Source of the DNA: Raillietiella orientalis
Lineage: Eukaryota
NCBI GenBank assembly: GCA_036172245.1
Contig: JAYWIR010000004.1
Span: forward strand, 5,022,001-5,086,000
Length of the DNA stretch: 64,000 nucleotides
Reading direction: 5' to 3'
The notes beneath the pieces were generated by a model. That model had not been told where the DNA came from. It saw only the letters and a program-made list of their open reading frames with translations, and searched no databases. The stretch's first letter is position 1. Every line of letters begins with the position of its first letter. Both the position numbers and the translations under genes were made by a program. Shown here piece after piece: positions 28,583 to 40,680 of this stretch.

Positions 28583-31500
28583 ATGCTTGCCATGGCAGCA
28601 GTGATCTTGGCTACCCTTCTGGGGTGCGTTTTCGTCCTTGCGGATGGTTCAGGTAAGCGAACTGTTTCGTGTTCCTTGAGTTTTTGCAAAGCTGCGCGAG
28701 GTGGTCATTTGTGGTGGTTTGGTGGCCGGATGGGAGAGAAGGGGGGGGGGAGGAGGAAGGAGGGAATCCGAGGTTTCAGGAGTCGCGAGGTTCCCTCTTC
28801 TCGGACATCGGAATCGTGAGAACAACCGAGAGAACATCTGCACGTGCAGAGCCGAACTCGAAACCCTGCGTGCACGCCGCTTCCGATTTTCGTGTGGCGA
28901 AATGCGTAATTCGTTGTGCATTTCCGCCTGACCCTAGAAGGGTGACGTGACGATTTTGGTGTTCATAAATGGTTGCGTGGTGTCCTACAAGACACAAATT
29001 ACAGTTATAGAAACTCGATAATTTTCCAGGAAAATTTCGTTTTGCCAATGAATTGCAATTATCTTTACGAATTGCTTTACAAGTTGTTTGCACATTCGCA
29101 ACATAAAGGCCTTCGGTGTTGGGCACACATGAGTTTTTTGCAGCAGGCACACTTTGCCCTTCCTTTCCGGCTGGGCGGAACGTGGGCGCACTTCGCAGCG
29201 CTTGTGGAACATGCTGGAACCCCACAGGTCTCCTTTATTCAGTACACATCAAATCAAAGTTCGCAAAGAACGAGACAAATTTTTGCTCTGTAACCGGCGT
29301 TCCACATGAGGTGTTGCATGCTGTTACATCCTAAATTTCGAAGGAACATTTTTCTGGAGATGGCTTTAGAATTTGGATTTCCAAGGTTGTTGGCATACGA
29401 ACACCGCATACGAATGTATCCCAGCCCCGCGTCGAACATTCCATAAAAAACTCCTAAAGGCCGTCCACATCACTCTCATCAGCTGAAAATTCGTCGCCTT
29501 GTACGCTCTCTGCTTCCCAATTTCCGTCATCCGAATCTTGGTCTTCATCGGATGAAAACTCTTCCCAATTGGTTCCAACTCGTCCATAGCGCCCAAGCAA
29601 CCCTTCCCGTTCATTTTGTGTGAAAATTCCAGGACGAGAGGCCACGGGTGCAAATTTTTCTATGTAATGCGAAAGGTAACGTGGTGTCCTACACGACACA
29701 ACCGGGCACAAAAGGGAACAAAGGCAACCAATGTGCACGCAGTTGCGACTGCAGGCACACGGAAGGCTTAGTAAGAGGTAGCTGAAGCGGCATGCTGGCA
29801 ACACTGACCGTGGCAGTGACTCTGCACGTGTTTAGTTCCTGCGTGTCGCATATGACGCCACGTTACCCTTCTAGGGTTAAGCATGCAAGTTTCTTCCTTC
29901 CTTCTCCCTCTTCCCTTTTTTAATGATGCTGTGAGCTTCACCGTCACCATCCATCCAGCTCTCTTTCGGAGGAAAGCGCGCTTAATGACGAAAAAGCAGT
30001 TCCTTATTACGGAAAATCGGGAAAAGAAAGCGACTCGCTGCCTCTGAGAAAAGTTTCCGTCTGTCCACCGCTGCCGATTCGAACCAATTACAAGGGAAAA
30101 AAAAAAAAAAAACAGGAGCGGAAGGCGGACATCGCGCTCGCCTTAAACTCGGGAGCATTGGCTCTGGAGGAGAGTCTAGAGATTCGTAGACAGGTTTGCC
30201 GATTCTCCCCCTCGTGGAAAGACAGCAGCAACAACAACAGAAGGAAAAAAAAAGGAAGATTTGCAGCAGTTGGGCAAAATTCATCCGATTCACACAGGGG
30301 AAAGGAAAACACACACACACACACACACAAAAGAAAAAGAGAGGGAAAGGAAAAAAAAAAAAAAAAACGGCACGGAGCATTCTTTTCTCCGATTGCAATG
30401 GCCGACAGGGAACTCCAGAAACGAAATCCCTCTTCCTCCTTTGAGCCTTTTCGACGGACTCCAGGTCTAAATAACTAGGAAGCAAATATTGTAAGACACG
30501 GGTGGGGGGGAGGGGTTCGTTATCTTTTCAGCCAGTCTTCACATCAGATAATGCTCGAACTTACGACACGGTGCGCCCGTGTTGCCTCCTCCGTTCTTTT
30601 CACCAAACTTTGCCTCGCCGCGTTGCGGGACCTGGCTTAAAAAGAAGAGGGAAGATTGTGCAACGAGGGGAGCAACCGAAATTCGCCAAAAATGAATAAG
30701 CTGCGATTTTTTTACATCTTTTTTTTTTTGGTCGAGGAAGATCGGAGGATTCGCCATCTCGCGTGGGCGCATACCGAAATGGAAACTGTAATAGGGAAAG
30801 TTGGAGCAGCGCTGAAAGTTTTGCTCGTTCGTAGGAGCGCGTCACATGTTGCGCTGTCACGATTAGAAAAGGTGGTCTTAACACGTGTCACATACGAGAC
30901 TTTCTCCTCAGCATTCATCTCGTGTTCCTCTCCTGAAAATGCAAGGTCAGTTGACCCATGCCTAGAGCTAAATTCGAAATCTGCATGTGAGAGGACACGG
31001 CGTTCGTTGGCACGCATCTAAGAGCCCCCTCCCCCCCCCCTTCCTTTCGAAGGGGACCATTTCCGCATCTGCATTCATCCTTTTTCCCCATGTTAAAACA
31101 CACGTGTGGTGTGCCATAGTGTTCGACTCTTCTCCGTTTCTGGTGATCTTTCCGCGTAGCAAGAAGACCTGAAAACATTCCATTGTATGTGACTTTTTTT
31201 TTTTTTTTCCCACGCTGTCCGTGTGTGCACGTTTCTTCTCCACAGAGGCGCTAAGCATGGATTAATGGAATTAAAATTCGGGATGGTTACACTCGCAGGA
31301 TTCTAGTGTTCTGTTCCACCATTTAGCAAGCTTTCGGTTTCAATAGGTTTGATAGTTGTTGAGTCATCAAGCGTGCTGAACGCGAGTCCCCTGCTTTTCT
31401 TTTTGTTTTTTGTCTCCTGAAACAAAATGTTCTCAACATGATGGCGCGACCATTCTTCCCTGTGGTTTTGTACAGCGCTATTCCCAGGTTCTTCAATCTT

Positions 31501-34500
31501 GAGGAAGAAAAAGGTTGCCACTCTTCGTCCTCGCTACACGTATCTTCCGGCGCACATTTCGCCGTGTTCTCTCTCAGGCCCTCCGCTTCTGTTTCCTTAG
31601 AAACCAGGCTTAATTTTCTCTCGTGGCTCAGAACAAAACAGGAAGTTGCGTATCTCGGCGGAAAGCTTTGCAAAGAGTTGCGTGAGCACACGGCTTTTTA
31701 GCGAACCCAGTCGTGCTCAGGCCTTTCCCACAAGGGATCTTTCGCTTTTTTTTTTCCTCCCCCCCTTCTTTTTTTGAATTCTTTTGTATACATAAAACAC
31801 ACGCGCACACACAGCTGAGTGAAAAAGAAAGAAAGAGAAAAAACAAAGAACAATAAAAACGAAGGACGCGCGCCCCTGAGCGCTCGTAGCCGCACGAGTT
31901 TAACCTTTTATCGTTCCAGTTTTAGTACATGTACAGCCGAAGCGTGTACTTGAGTTTAGCTTTTTGTGAACTGTTATTATGCAGACGGCGGTTTATAGCT
32001 CGAGCACGGCGCTAAGCTGGTGCACGGGGGGAGGGGGGGCACTGAGGAAAGACGCGGCGGCGGAAGAAAGTGAAAGTGTCTCCCGAACCCAAGTCGTGGA
32101 GAGGAACGGCGGAAGATCGCGCGGGTGCGGGAGAGAGCGGAACAGTCGCCGGAAGAGCCGGCTTCGATCCCCTCTGGGAACGGAGGCAAGAAGGGGGAAG
32201 AGGACCGTGGGCGGAAAGTCCCGCTGGACCGGATGTCCGCCCTCCCCGTGCGTTCCCCGGTCGCGCAAGGAAGGCGTGGATCCTCCGCGCCGCGAAAGAA
32301 TGGGACGGAGGGAGGCGAGGCGTTCCCCGTTTCTCGAAGCGTTGCCGAGTGACCTCTGAAGAGCCTGGGAGTATCGGCATCCTTCCAGGGTCGTCGGAGG
32401 GGGGAGATTTCGCGACCCATGACTGTCGGGGATCGCGAAGCGAGGAGGAAACGGGAGCGCACCGCCTCCCGACACGTGGTGAACCCTTGCACGAGGGCGC
32501 GGGAACCCCGTCCGGTTCTACCCACGTGACTTCCCCCCCTTCCCCCTTTCCCTTCCGCCCTTCGTCACCTTCCCGAGATGGTGAGCGGGGCTGCGCGGCT
32601 CGTAGCGCGGACCGACCTCGAGCAAGGGGAAGCACAAGGCCTCCTGCCCTCGGAAGTTCGTGGACCTACGGCCCCTTGGACCGACGAGTGGTGTTCCCTC
32701 GGAATAGGAAGAGGGGTCCACTGTCTCACGTTCCTTCCGGGACGCCTCGGGCTCGCTTTGATCACCTTCTTCCCTACCGATGATAGACACCCCGAGGACG
32801 TGAAGGAGACGCGGCGAAGGTGAGACCCGGCGTCCCTTCGCCTCCCCCCGCCTTGGAGTCCTCCCAAGCCCTTCGCCACCCTCGCCTACCCCGCCTCCCC
32901 GTTCCCTACGCCCCCGCTCCTCCCGAAGGAGAGGAAGGAAAGGCAGTGCGGGAGGAGTCGCTGACCACCGGCGGAGAGGAACCGAAGGGAGAGTCATCCC
33001 CACCCCCACTCTTTGCGTCCCTCGCAGGTACCCACGGAAGGAGGCGCCTGCTTGCCGGCTACTGCCCGACCGAAGGTTCTGTCCACTCCCTCTGCGGGTT
33101 CCCCCGCGGCTCCAACTTGCGGGCAGGGGAGGAGGGGGAGGACTGCCGCACGATGACCGCCGGGTCTGCTGATCCCGGTTTCTCTGAAGAGACAGCTGCG
33201 CTCCTGGCCGCGCGCGCCGCGTCGGGTGGCCCCGGAGTGACCCGCGGCTCCTACTGAGAGGGACCCCATTCGGCGTTTCGAAAGGGGGGGTCAAGGGGAG
33301 TCCCTGATCCCAGTCAAGGGGAGTCTCCCCTGACCCGAGGTCTTCCGGACGGTGTGGAAGGGTCTGCCCTGCTCCCCTCCTCGAGCGCGCCATTCGGGAC
33401 AAAGGAAGAAGAGGACGCGGGGCCGTGACCCGGCAGGAACCGAGCTGTTCCTCACGACCCTCCCCGAGGGCCTCCGCGCGAGGTCACCGGACCGCCCCCG
33501 CGTCCCAGACCAGGCCGCACGGCGAAGGCGGCAAAACGATCGCCATCTTTGGCAAGAGGGTCGTTCGCTCTCCAATCGGAGACGCCCGCAACCGCCGCGC
33601 CGTTGCCGTGCCCAGAGGGCGCTGGCTGGGTCACCGCACGCGCGCGCACCATTTTTCCCTCTTAAAGGAGGGGGGAGGGGGGGAAGAGCAACAAAAAAAA
33701 AGGAAGAAGAGAGACTGCGCACGCTCTTTCCCGTCCGTCTCTTTCCCGCGGCGGTCTCGTGCGGCCGGACGGGCGTCTTGGGCCGCGATGACTCAGTCGC
33801 CTGGCGACGGGAGACCGAGGGGACGGCGCGCGGCCTTCCCTGACTCGCAGACCCCCCCCCCTTCCTTCTTCCTAAAGAAGGGGGGGAGGGGGAAGGGCAG
33901 CGGCACCGCCGCCGGGTGACGGCTGCCTCGCTCAGAGGGGGCGCTGCTGTTGCTGCTGTTACCCGGGGAGGAAGCCGCGCGGGGTCGCAGACAGCACCGC
34001 TCCCACCCTTCCCCTCCGACCCCCCTCCAGAAGACGTGTCTTCCTTGTAACCAGGGAGGGCGTCCGCGACGGCCGTCTCCGGGATCGAACGCCGGGCTCC
34101 CCACGCGGACGTGGGAAGAACTTTCGCAAAAGTTCGGCGGTGCTCGCCCGAGCCCTCCCCCGTCGCCCGGTGTGCCGCCCTGGGGCGCGCCGGCGTCCCA
34201 CGGTGCGTCCCGGAAAAGCTTCCTCCTCCCATTTACTTGACTCCCCGTTCCCCCTCCCTTCCAGTCGCTCACGAGATGGCACTGGGAGGATGTCCGGAGC
34301 GCAAACGCCACGAGTCGGAGCCCGTCCAGAGAACCTCCTGGGAGCGCCATGGCAGCGGCCGTCCCTCCTGACTCCGGCAGCAAGGGGGAGTCTGAAACAT
34401 CGCCTCTCCCGGAATTTATCGTCTCCGGGGATTTTCTGTGGAAAGCCGCTGGAAAAGGGAGAGAGGAGGGAAGGGGAGGAGGAGGAGTTGCGCGCGCTGT

Positions 34501-37500
34501 AATCGTGGACTCTTCGTCCACAGGGGCGCCTCCTCTTCCCCGTTCCTCCTCCTCCTCCTTCCTTCCTGCTCGCTTTCGAGGGAGGGGCCCTCACTCGATC
34601 CCTTCCCCTCCCGTAGCGACCGATGCCGGATATGCCGGGGGCAGCACCTCCTGGAGGAACGCCCCTCGAGGTACAACTCAGTGGAGGCGCACTACGGCCT
34701 CCATCGCCTGTAGTGGCCGGCAGAGGGACCGTGGCGCGATTTTCCCACTCCGGCTCTCTAGGGCCGGGGAGGGAAGGCATCGGCAGCAGGAACTATCGTT
34801 GTCAGGAGACGGGTTCGCCTTGCAAAGGGTCACCACAAGTGCGGGAAGGAATTGCACGCGAGGACAGCGTAGTCGGCGTCGACGAGGGGAGGGGGACGAT
34901 GAGGAGGAGGAGGATGCTTTCCCTGCTCAGCTGACCAGCTGGATTTCGTGCAAGTGCGCTCCGTGGTGGTCGCTCCTTCCCCTATCCTCGTTCCCCCTTC
35001 TCTCGGGGGACCCGGATTGACCTGAGAAGGCGCGCGAGTCGTGCATGGGGATGGAACCCCGCGAAAAAGCCATGATGACGATGGTGGTCACGAGGACTGC
35101 GGCTACCCGCGCGCTCGCACGCCTTGGCTTTCCCCGTCCGCGCACGGGCGGAGCAGTCCTCGGCATGGGCGAGCCAACGTCGCAGAGGTGGCCACCAGGC
35201 AGGGGCGGACCGGCGGCGGTCTGGCTGCCCTGGAAACGAGAGAGAGGAGAGGGGCGGTACGAATGTCGCGTTCTCCGGGAGAGGTCTTCTTTGGGCAGAG
35301 AGGGGGGGTCGCCGCTCTTGCCGGAACGCAGGCGCTGCTGGCGCGCATTTCCCCTGTTGTCGGCGTGGTCGCTGCCCCGGAGTGCCGGCCAGCCGATCGA
35401 GACGACGGCCGCCCGGAGGCGGCGACTGTCATTGCGCGCGCGCGGAAAACTCAGCGCCAGCTACGGCGCTCACATTTCCTTGTGATCATTTCTGCTTCCG
35501 TTGTAGCCGACTACAAGGTCCTCTGCGGGAAAGATCAGATGGTCGTCAGAGTTGCCAAGGACCAACCGGAAGATGACATCTACATAGAAGGGCGGAGGAA
35601 TTTTCCTGGTTCGTCTCGTTGGGACCCGTTTAGCGAAGCAATCTCCTGCTGGTCTGCTGCCGGCTCGCGCACGCACGCGGCGCGCCCGTGCAGTCCGCGG
35701 TCACCGTTCGCGGGACCTTCTCAGCTCCCGTGTGCGGGGGCAAACGCGCGCAGCCTGACCAGGAGCATGCGCATCCACGCGAAAGGCTCCGAGTTTTCCT
35801 GCTCCGCGCCCTGACCCTTCCGCTTACCTTTAGTGACCTCCATCCCTCCAGAACGCGCGCGCCATCTTTCTCTCGTCCTGCGTACAGCCTTCACGCGGTA
35901 CGCACGCACCAGGCGATTGCGCGTGTGCGCGCACCTCCACGGACGAGCGCGAGAAACGAGGATGAGGCCCACCCTCACTTCGGAGTGCCGTAGCAACGAC
36001 GTGAGGCCAACGAAGCTCGGAGGGGGGCCGTTCGCACGCCATGACTCGGGAAGCCTCAGGGCCACTGCCCTTCGACTTCCTCTGGCGGGGAGGACGCCGG
36101 CAGCGAGGTCCGCCGTGCGGCGGACGAGCGCGCTGCCGGTAGCTTTGGTGCGCCCCCCCTCCATGGTGACCGCCCCACGGGGACTCGCCGCTGCCGAACC
36201 GTGACCCATCCCAGAAGGCGCCCAGACTCCCCACGCTCTCAGGCGCCGGAGTCCGTGCGGAAGCTGGGATCAAGGTCACGGGCGAGGCAGAAAGACGTCA
36301 GGAAGCGTAGGTGTGAGTACTGCCTCGACCAGGCACAGCCTACCCCACGCTGGAAAGAATACTCACCTACTGGCCACTCAGTGTGCTGCTCCTGCTACTA
36401 CTGCTACTACTACTATGTAGTAGTAGCAGTAGTACAATTAGAGCAGCTGCTGCTACTACTAGCATAGTAAGAATTACTGCTACAGTTAAAACTACTACTT
36501 CTACTACTAAACAGTTGGAATTACTATTTCTTCCTCTACTACAGTTATAACTACTACTTTTACTATTACTACTACCACAGTTAGAACTACTACCTTCACT
36601 GTCAGGACTAGTACTTGTTCTGCTAGTCGTACAATTGGAACTGCAACTTCTGCTATTAGGAGTACAATGAAAACTACTACTTCTACTACTATTACAGTTA
36701 GAATTAGTAGTTTTACTTCTAGTGCTATCACTACTACAGTTGGAACGACTGCTTCTACTACTTATACTACTACCACTACAGTTGGAACTACTATTCCTTA
36801 CTAGTAGAGTTGAAACGGCTCCACTATCACTACTATTACTACTGATAGCAATTAGAGTAACGATGGCACATCGAAGCGTGGGTGCCTGAGAGCATGCGGG
36901 GATGAAATTCTCCGTGGGAGGTCGGCGGCTTGCGCGGACAGCCTTTTTTTGTGCATCGCCGTTGTCCCCGCTGTCGCACACCCGCTGTCCCCGCTGCTGC
37001 TCACAGCCAAGAGCAACGAGCGTCGGGAAGGGTCACAGCAGCGCTCCCGCAAGGCCCATCTCCAGTCTCTGCCACCCGGCTCGGCTCCCCTGGGCACATC
37101 CAAACAGCCAGTTCTTGAAAGGCGCGAGTTGCTGACGGCGGTCGGGAGTCAGAGCTGCCGCCCGTGGCGGGTGCTCCCCCGTTCCTGGAGGAGGGCAGGA
37201 TAAGGGGAAGGAGACTGGGGGGGCAGGCCAAGGAAACTATTCTCGGGGCACGCCCGCGAGCGCGCGTGGCCGAAGATAGCGGCGCTGGATGGGGTGCGGA
37301 GGAACTCGCGCGGGCGAGCCTTCGAGCAGGGCCCCTATCCGGAGCTGCAGCGGCATCTCGGAGAGGTCCTGACCCTTCGTCCTTAGGTTGCCTGACGGAC
37401 GACGGGCCGCTGTGGTCAGCATTCACCATCGACTACGAAGGGACGTCCCCTTGCAGCGCGAATCGGGTCACGAACTTCGAAAAGGTAGGACCCGGGGGTG

Positions 37501-39701
37501 CCCCTTCTGCTCGCACGCGCCACCAGCCCCTGCACTCAGGGTTCTCTCTCCCGGAGTCGTTTCGGCACTCCATCGGAAGCAATGACGCGTTGCCGGGCCA
37601 CCTCTCCCCTGCTCCGCCGCTCGGCGCGTCTCAGTGGAAGGGAGGGCGAGGGAGAGCGCCTTGCGAGCCCTGCTGCCGCACCGGGAGACGCCCGCGGCGG
37701 CTCACCAGCCTTTTGAGAGCCGACCACGTGGACAGGGAGAGGATGGTGACATCTGGTGGCCTCCCCCCTCCTCCCTCTTTTTCTGCTGTTGCCCACGTGC
37801 CCGCTGTTTCCAGTTCGCTAAAATGGAACGTGGGATAAGCGCACCAGGGAGCCGCTCAGCCCGGAGGGCAGGACCCACTCGGAGACCGCGGGCCTCTTCC
37901 GTGGCGCTTCGCATCCGCAGGCGTGCGAGGGGCACCTCGAAAAAGGGAGAACTCGAAAGAGTTAGGAAAGGTTTCGCGTACGCGGATTGGCTGGCGGGCA
38001 GCTCCGCGAACCAGTGAGCCACCGACCATTACTGGGCATTCACGTCACGTCATGCTCCCCCTGCAGGAAGTCAGCAGCAGCCACCTCAAACACTCCTGGG
38101 GTGTCGCGCCCTACTTCCGCCCAGGGGTAGGTTATGGTTAGGCGGGGTTTCCGAGTCGAGCTGCCCCTATATTCTCCCCCCTCCCTCTCTCTCTCTCCCT
38201 TCGAAAAGTGGGGTCACTGGGAAGAAGAGTGGAGCAGTGCTATCCGCAGCCCTGTGGTCTCGTGGCATGGCTGCTGCCACGCTTCCGCTGCCGTCGGAGC
38301 GCTGGTCCAGGTTTCGAGCAGCACTGCCCTGCCCTACCCGTCCTCTTCCGTGCTGGCTGTAGCGTTCTCACCCCTGTCTCGACCCCCGCCCATCTTTCCC
38401 CACCCTCTTACGGTGCGTGCGCGAACCGGGAATTAAGTGGGGACTGGAAGACACATGCCTCGCCCAGACGAGCTCCCTCCGTACCTTCTTTGGAAGAAGG
38501 GCACGGAGGGAGCATCGCTTCGCCATCCCTTCCTCTTCCTTCCTTCCTCCCCTCCATTAGTGAGATCTAGATAAACCCCCGAAGGTACGCGGGTCTCAAT
38601 CGTCTTCTGCTCGCGATGAGCTGCCCAAGGACTCCCTCGGCTGGCCCTGCTTGCGCGTGGAGTCGGGACTTCTTTAGGCGTTCACCTGTTCCAGAAACAA
38701 GTTGTCTACTACCACCGGCTCGTGGCGAGGGGCAAGCGGAAGAAGGAGACCATCGTTGCTCGGTGCAGGAAGAAGACTCTTGCCAAGAGGGACCTGCTCC
38801 CTGCGAGCTTCGAGGAAGCCCAGTAAGGGTGGGGCGGTCGGGGCCCGGGACACTGAAGAGCCGCTGTTTCCCCCTTCCCCATTTTCTCTTCTTCTCTCCC
38901 CCCCCACCTTCTTTCCTCCTCCGAAAGGGAGCTGGAGCTGGAGGAGATCACGAGCAGAGCGGTCGAGCCAGTCGTGGGCATGAGCATCCTGCAAGACGGG
39001 AAGGCGATCGACGCACACCTGGCGGTGGAGCCGGGAACTCCCCTGCAGATGAACATCTTCCTCGATGCTAACAGCTCCGACGTGTACGGGATCGCGGCCA
39101 AGTACATCGACGTTTCGGGAGCCCGAGGGCAGCAGGAAGTCATCCTTCACGACGGGTACTTGTAAATCTTGAGTGGGCCGCCACCAGCGTTTCTTCTTCC
39201 CGCTCTGCCTGCCCATTTAGCTGCTCAGTCGACAAGTACCTGTTCGAAAATTTCAAAACGGTCAACGGCGATGTACTGACCACCGTCTTCCGGGCGTTCA
39301 AGTTCCCGGAGAGCAACTACGTGCTCTTCCGGTCCACGGTATCCGTCTGTCTCGATCGATGCGACCCCGTGGACTGCGGCGGCGGCAGCAACGGCCAGAG
39401 CCCCGCCTACAGGAGGAGGCGCTCTTCCTCCTCTGCTGCTTTGTACGAAGCCGTGGTCACGACGGTCATCAGGCTGAAGCGTTCCTCCGGCGAGGAGGAG
39501 CGCGATTTTCCAGGATACGTGGTTCCCATCCGCGAGGGAAACCACCTGCCACCCGCCAGGACGACGAGGAATTCGGAAGAGAAGGGTCTTCCGGCGGAGG
39601 GGGCGTCTTCCGGAAGGAGAAGTGCCGTTCCCGCCGCCGCCTCCGGCTTCCTCCTCCTCCCTCTCATCGGCATCCACCCGTTCTTTGTGCTTGCCCAATA
39701 A
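28583..39701 (+). CDS. qsm: ZP-domain apical matrix protein, quasimodo-like, 368 aa, with signal peptide, furin site and GPI-type tail
   Basis: Exons 28583-28652, 35507-35608, 37387-37484, 38695-38822, 38928-39155, 39221-39701; total 1107 nt with matching phases. YKVLCGKDQMVV..IYIEGRRNFP..RVTNFEKKQVVYYHRLV..LAKRDLLPASFEE..GTPLQMNIFLD..VYGI..GCSVDKYLFENFKTVNGDVLTTVFRAFKFPESNYVLFRSTVSVCLDRC..RRRRS parallels Drosophila Quasimodo as I recall it. Exon 1 (signal peptide + GTAAG donor) is the least certain link. Confidence 0.85.
29254..29600 (-). mobile_element. Decayed RTE LINE fragment in qsm intron 1
   Basis: ELEPIGKSFHPMKTKI (ESE.VGL.IN..KTKI); YIRMRCSYAN...NSKAISRKMFLRNLGC (EIR.RI..A...SK.IS.KTKLRL..C). 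Confidence 0.55.
30620..31000 (-). mobile_element. Decayed RTE RT fragment in qsm intron 1
   Basis: HADF..SRHGSTDLAFS (QAGFR..RGTTD.IFS), RDGESSDLP (HDGELSDPF), SFLANFGCSPRCTIFPLLF (F....GV.QGC...PLLF). Confidence 0.55.
31320..31670 (-). mobile_element. Decayed RTE LINE fragment in qsm intron 1
   Basis: RYATSCFVL (RYADD..LL), KETEAEGLRENTAKC (ESE..GLRINTAKT), LKNLGIAL (FKYLGS.L), KKSRGLAFSTL..ST..PIET (KKTK..LF.TL..S...GCET). Confidence 0.55.
33530..35180 (+). mobile_element. GC-rich decayed RTE LINE in qsm intron 1
   Basis: Collinear: TIAIFGK...DARNRRAVAV (I.PIFKK..DC.NYRGIAL) ~33540-33610; in ORF 34349-35020 EFIVSGDFLWKAAGKGRE, VIVDSS (FID), TTASIACSG (TTASVR.NG), QQELSLSGDGFAL (RQG..LSP.LF.L); then GMEPREKAMMTMVVTR (GMEIN..KTK.MVVSR). 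Confidence 0.45.
36385..36850. repeat. Degenerate ACT/TAC-based minisatellite with recurring ACAGTTRGAAYTAC motif, in qsm intron 2
   Basis: About 11 variable units of roughly 20-45 nt, each starting with an acagtt-like motif; AT-rich island inside the GC-rich domain. Confidence 0.85.
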
Positions 39702-40179
39702 AGCCGCGCGTGAGCGCGCTCCATCCCTTCGACTCGCCCCTCTTTGCCTGAGCGCACTGCCCACCGCGTTCATCTTTGCTGCGTCTCCCCCCTCCCTCCT
39801 CCTTCTTCTGCTGCCGCCGCCAGGGATCGCGTTGTGTGGAAGCTGCTCGTCACATGTGGAGCGCGCACGCGCGCATCGTGTCGGAGCAGGCAGAGCCTTC
39901 CTCCGCAGGAGGAATCCAAGACGCTTGGGACGCTGCGGTCAAGTCTCTCTCTTCTGCCCTTCCACTTCCCTGTTCGTGAGGGGGGTCGAGGATGGGTTCT
40001 GGTGGTCGATCTTTAATCTTTAGAACTCTCAGAAGCGACAGAGATCCGAAGTTCCACCGGAATTCCTAGGGCACTCTGCCGAGCGCACGCAACTGCCGCT
40101 CCCTCTTCCCTCTCCTCCTCCTCAGCATCGTGGGAGGGGCAGAGCCCTCAGCCCTGCCCTCCTCCCTTCGCTTGAAAAG

Positions 40180-40680
40180 TTGGGTCCGCAACCACGCGTC
40201 CTTCATCAGCGTGTCGGACACCAACCTGGGCGCGGTCTTCGATCCCACCCTCTTCCTGGCCGCTCACCACAGAGTAACATCGACGGCTTCCCTAGAGGAC
40301 ATCAGGTACCACAGCCTTGTGGTTCGGTTGATGATGTGCCACTGAGAACGGATCTCCTGAATCCAGGAGGTGGAGGAGGGGGATGATGAAGAGGAGGCGG
40401 TCGGACAGGTCCTCCTCAAACCCTGGCGCGATCGCTGTCCCGGTTCCAGTCAGGAAGGCGCCATCCGAAGAGCGTCCGTCCATGGTCGTGTTCATGGCCC
40501 TTTCGCCGAGAGCCGAAGGAGGAGGTGGAGGTGAGGCAGGGTGCTTCCGGCCTGCCTCCCCGCTGCCGCCAGGGATATCCTTCAGGGAGACCTGCAAAAG
40601 CAGAGGCAGCTCTGACGGCAGAGAATTCTTGGACGTTGTCCTTCCGGACTATTCCCCCCTACTCCTCCTCCTCAGGTGTC
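40180..40680 (+). mobile_element. Decayed L2-like LINE, 3' region
   Basis: TNLGAVFDPTLFLAAH (RNLGVIFD..LSF..H), HSLVVRLMMC (HALV.SRLDYC), QTLARSL (QNAAARL), CLPAAAR.ISFR (WLPV.ARI.FK), YSP....LRC (Y.P.R.LRS). Confidence 0.6.

Noticed and set aside
36385..36850. CRISPR-like repeat-spacer reading of the ACAGTT units
   Set aside because: Units are degenerate, the intervening sequence is the same trinucleotide repeat, the context is a eukaryotic intron, and there are no cas genes
37814..38126. Possible extra qsm exons after ttccag (37813) and ctgcag (38066)
   Set aside because: Direct joining of 37484 to 38695 already gives the contiguous qsm-like RVTNFEKKQVVYYH; the extra peptides show no ZP similarity
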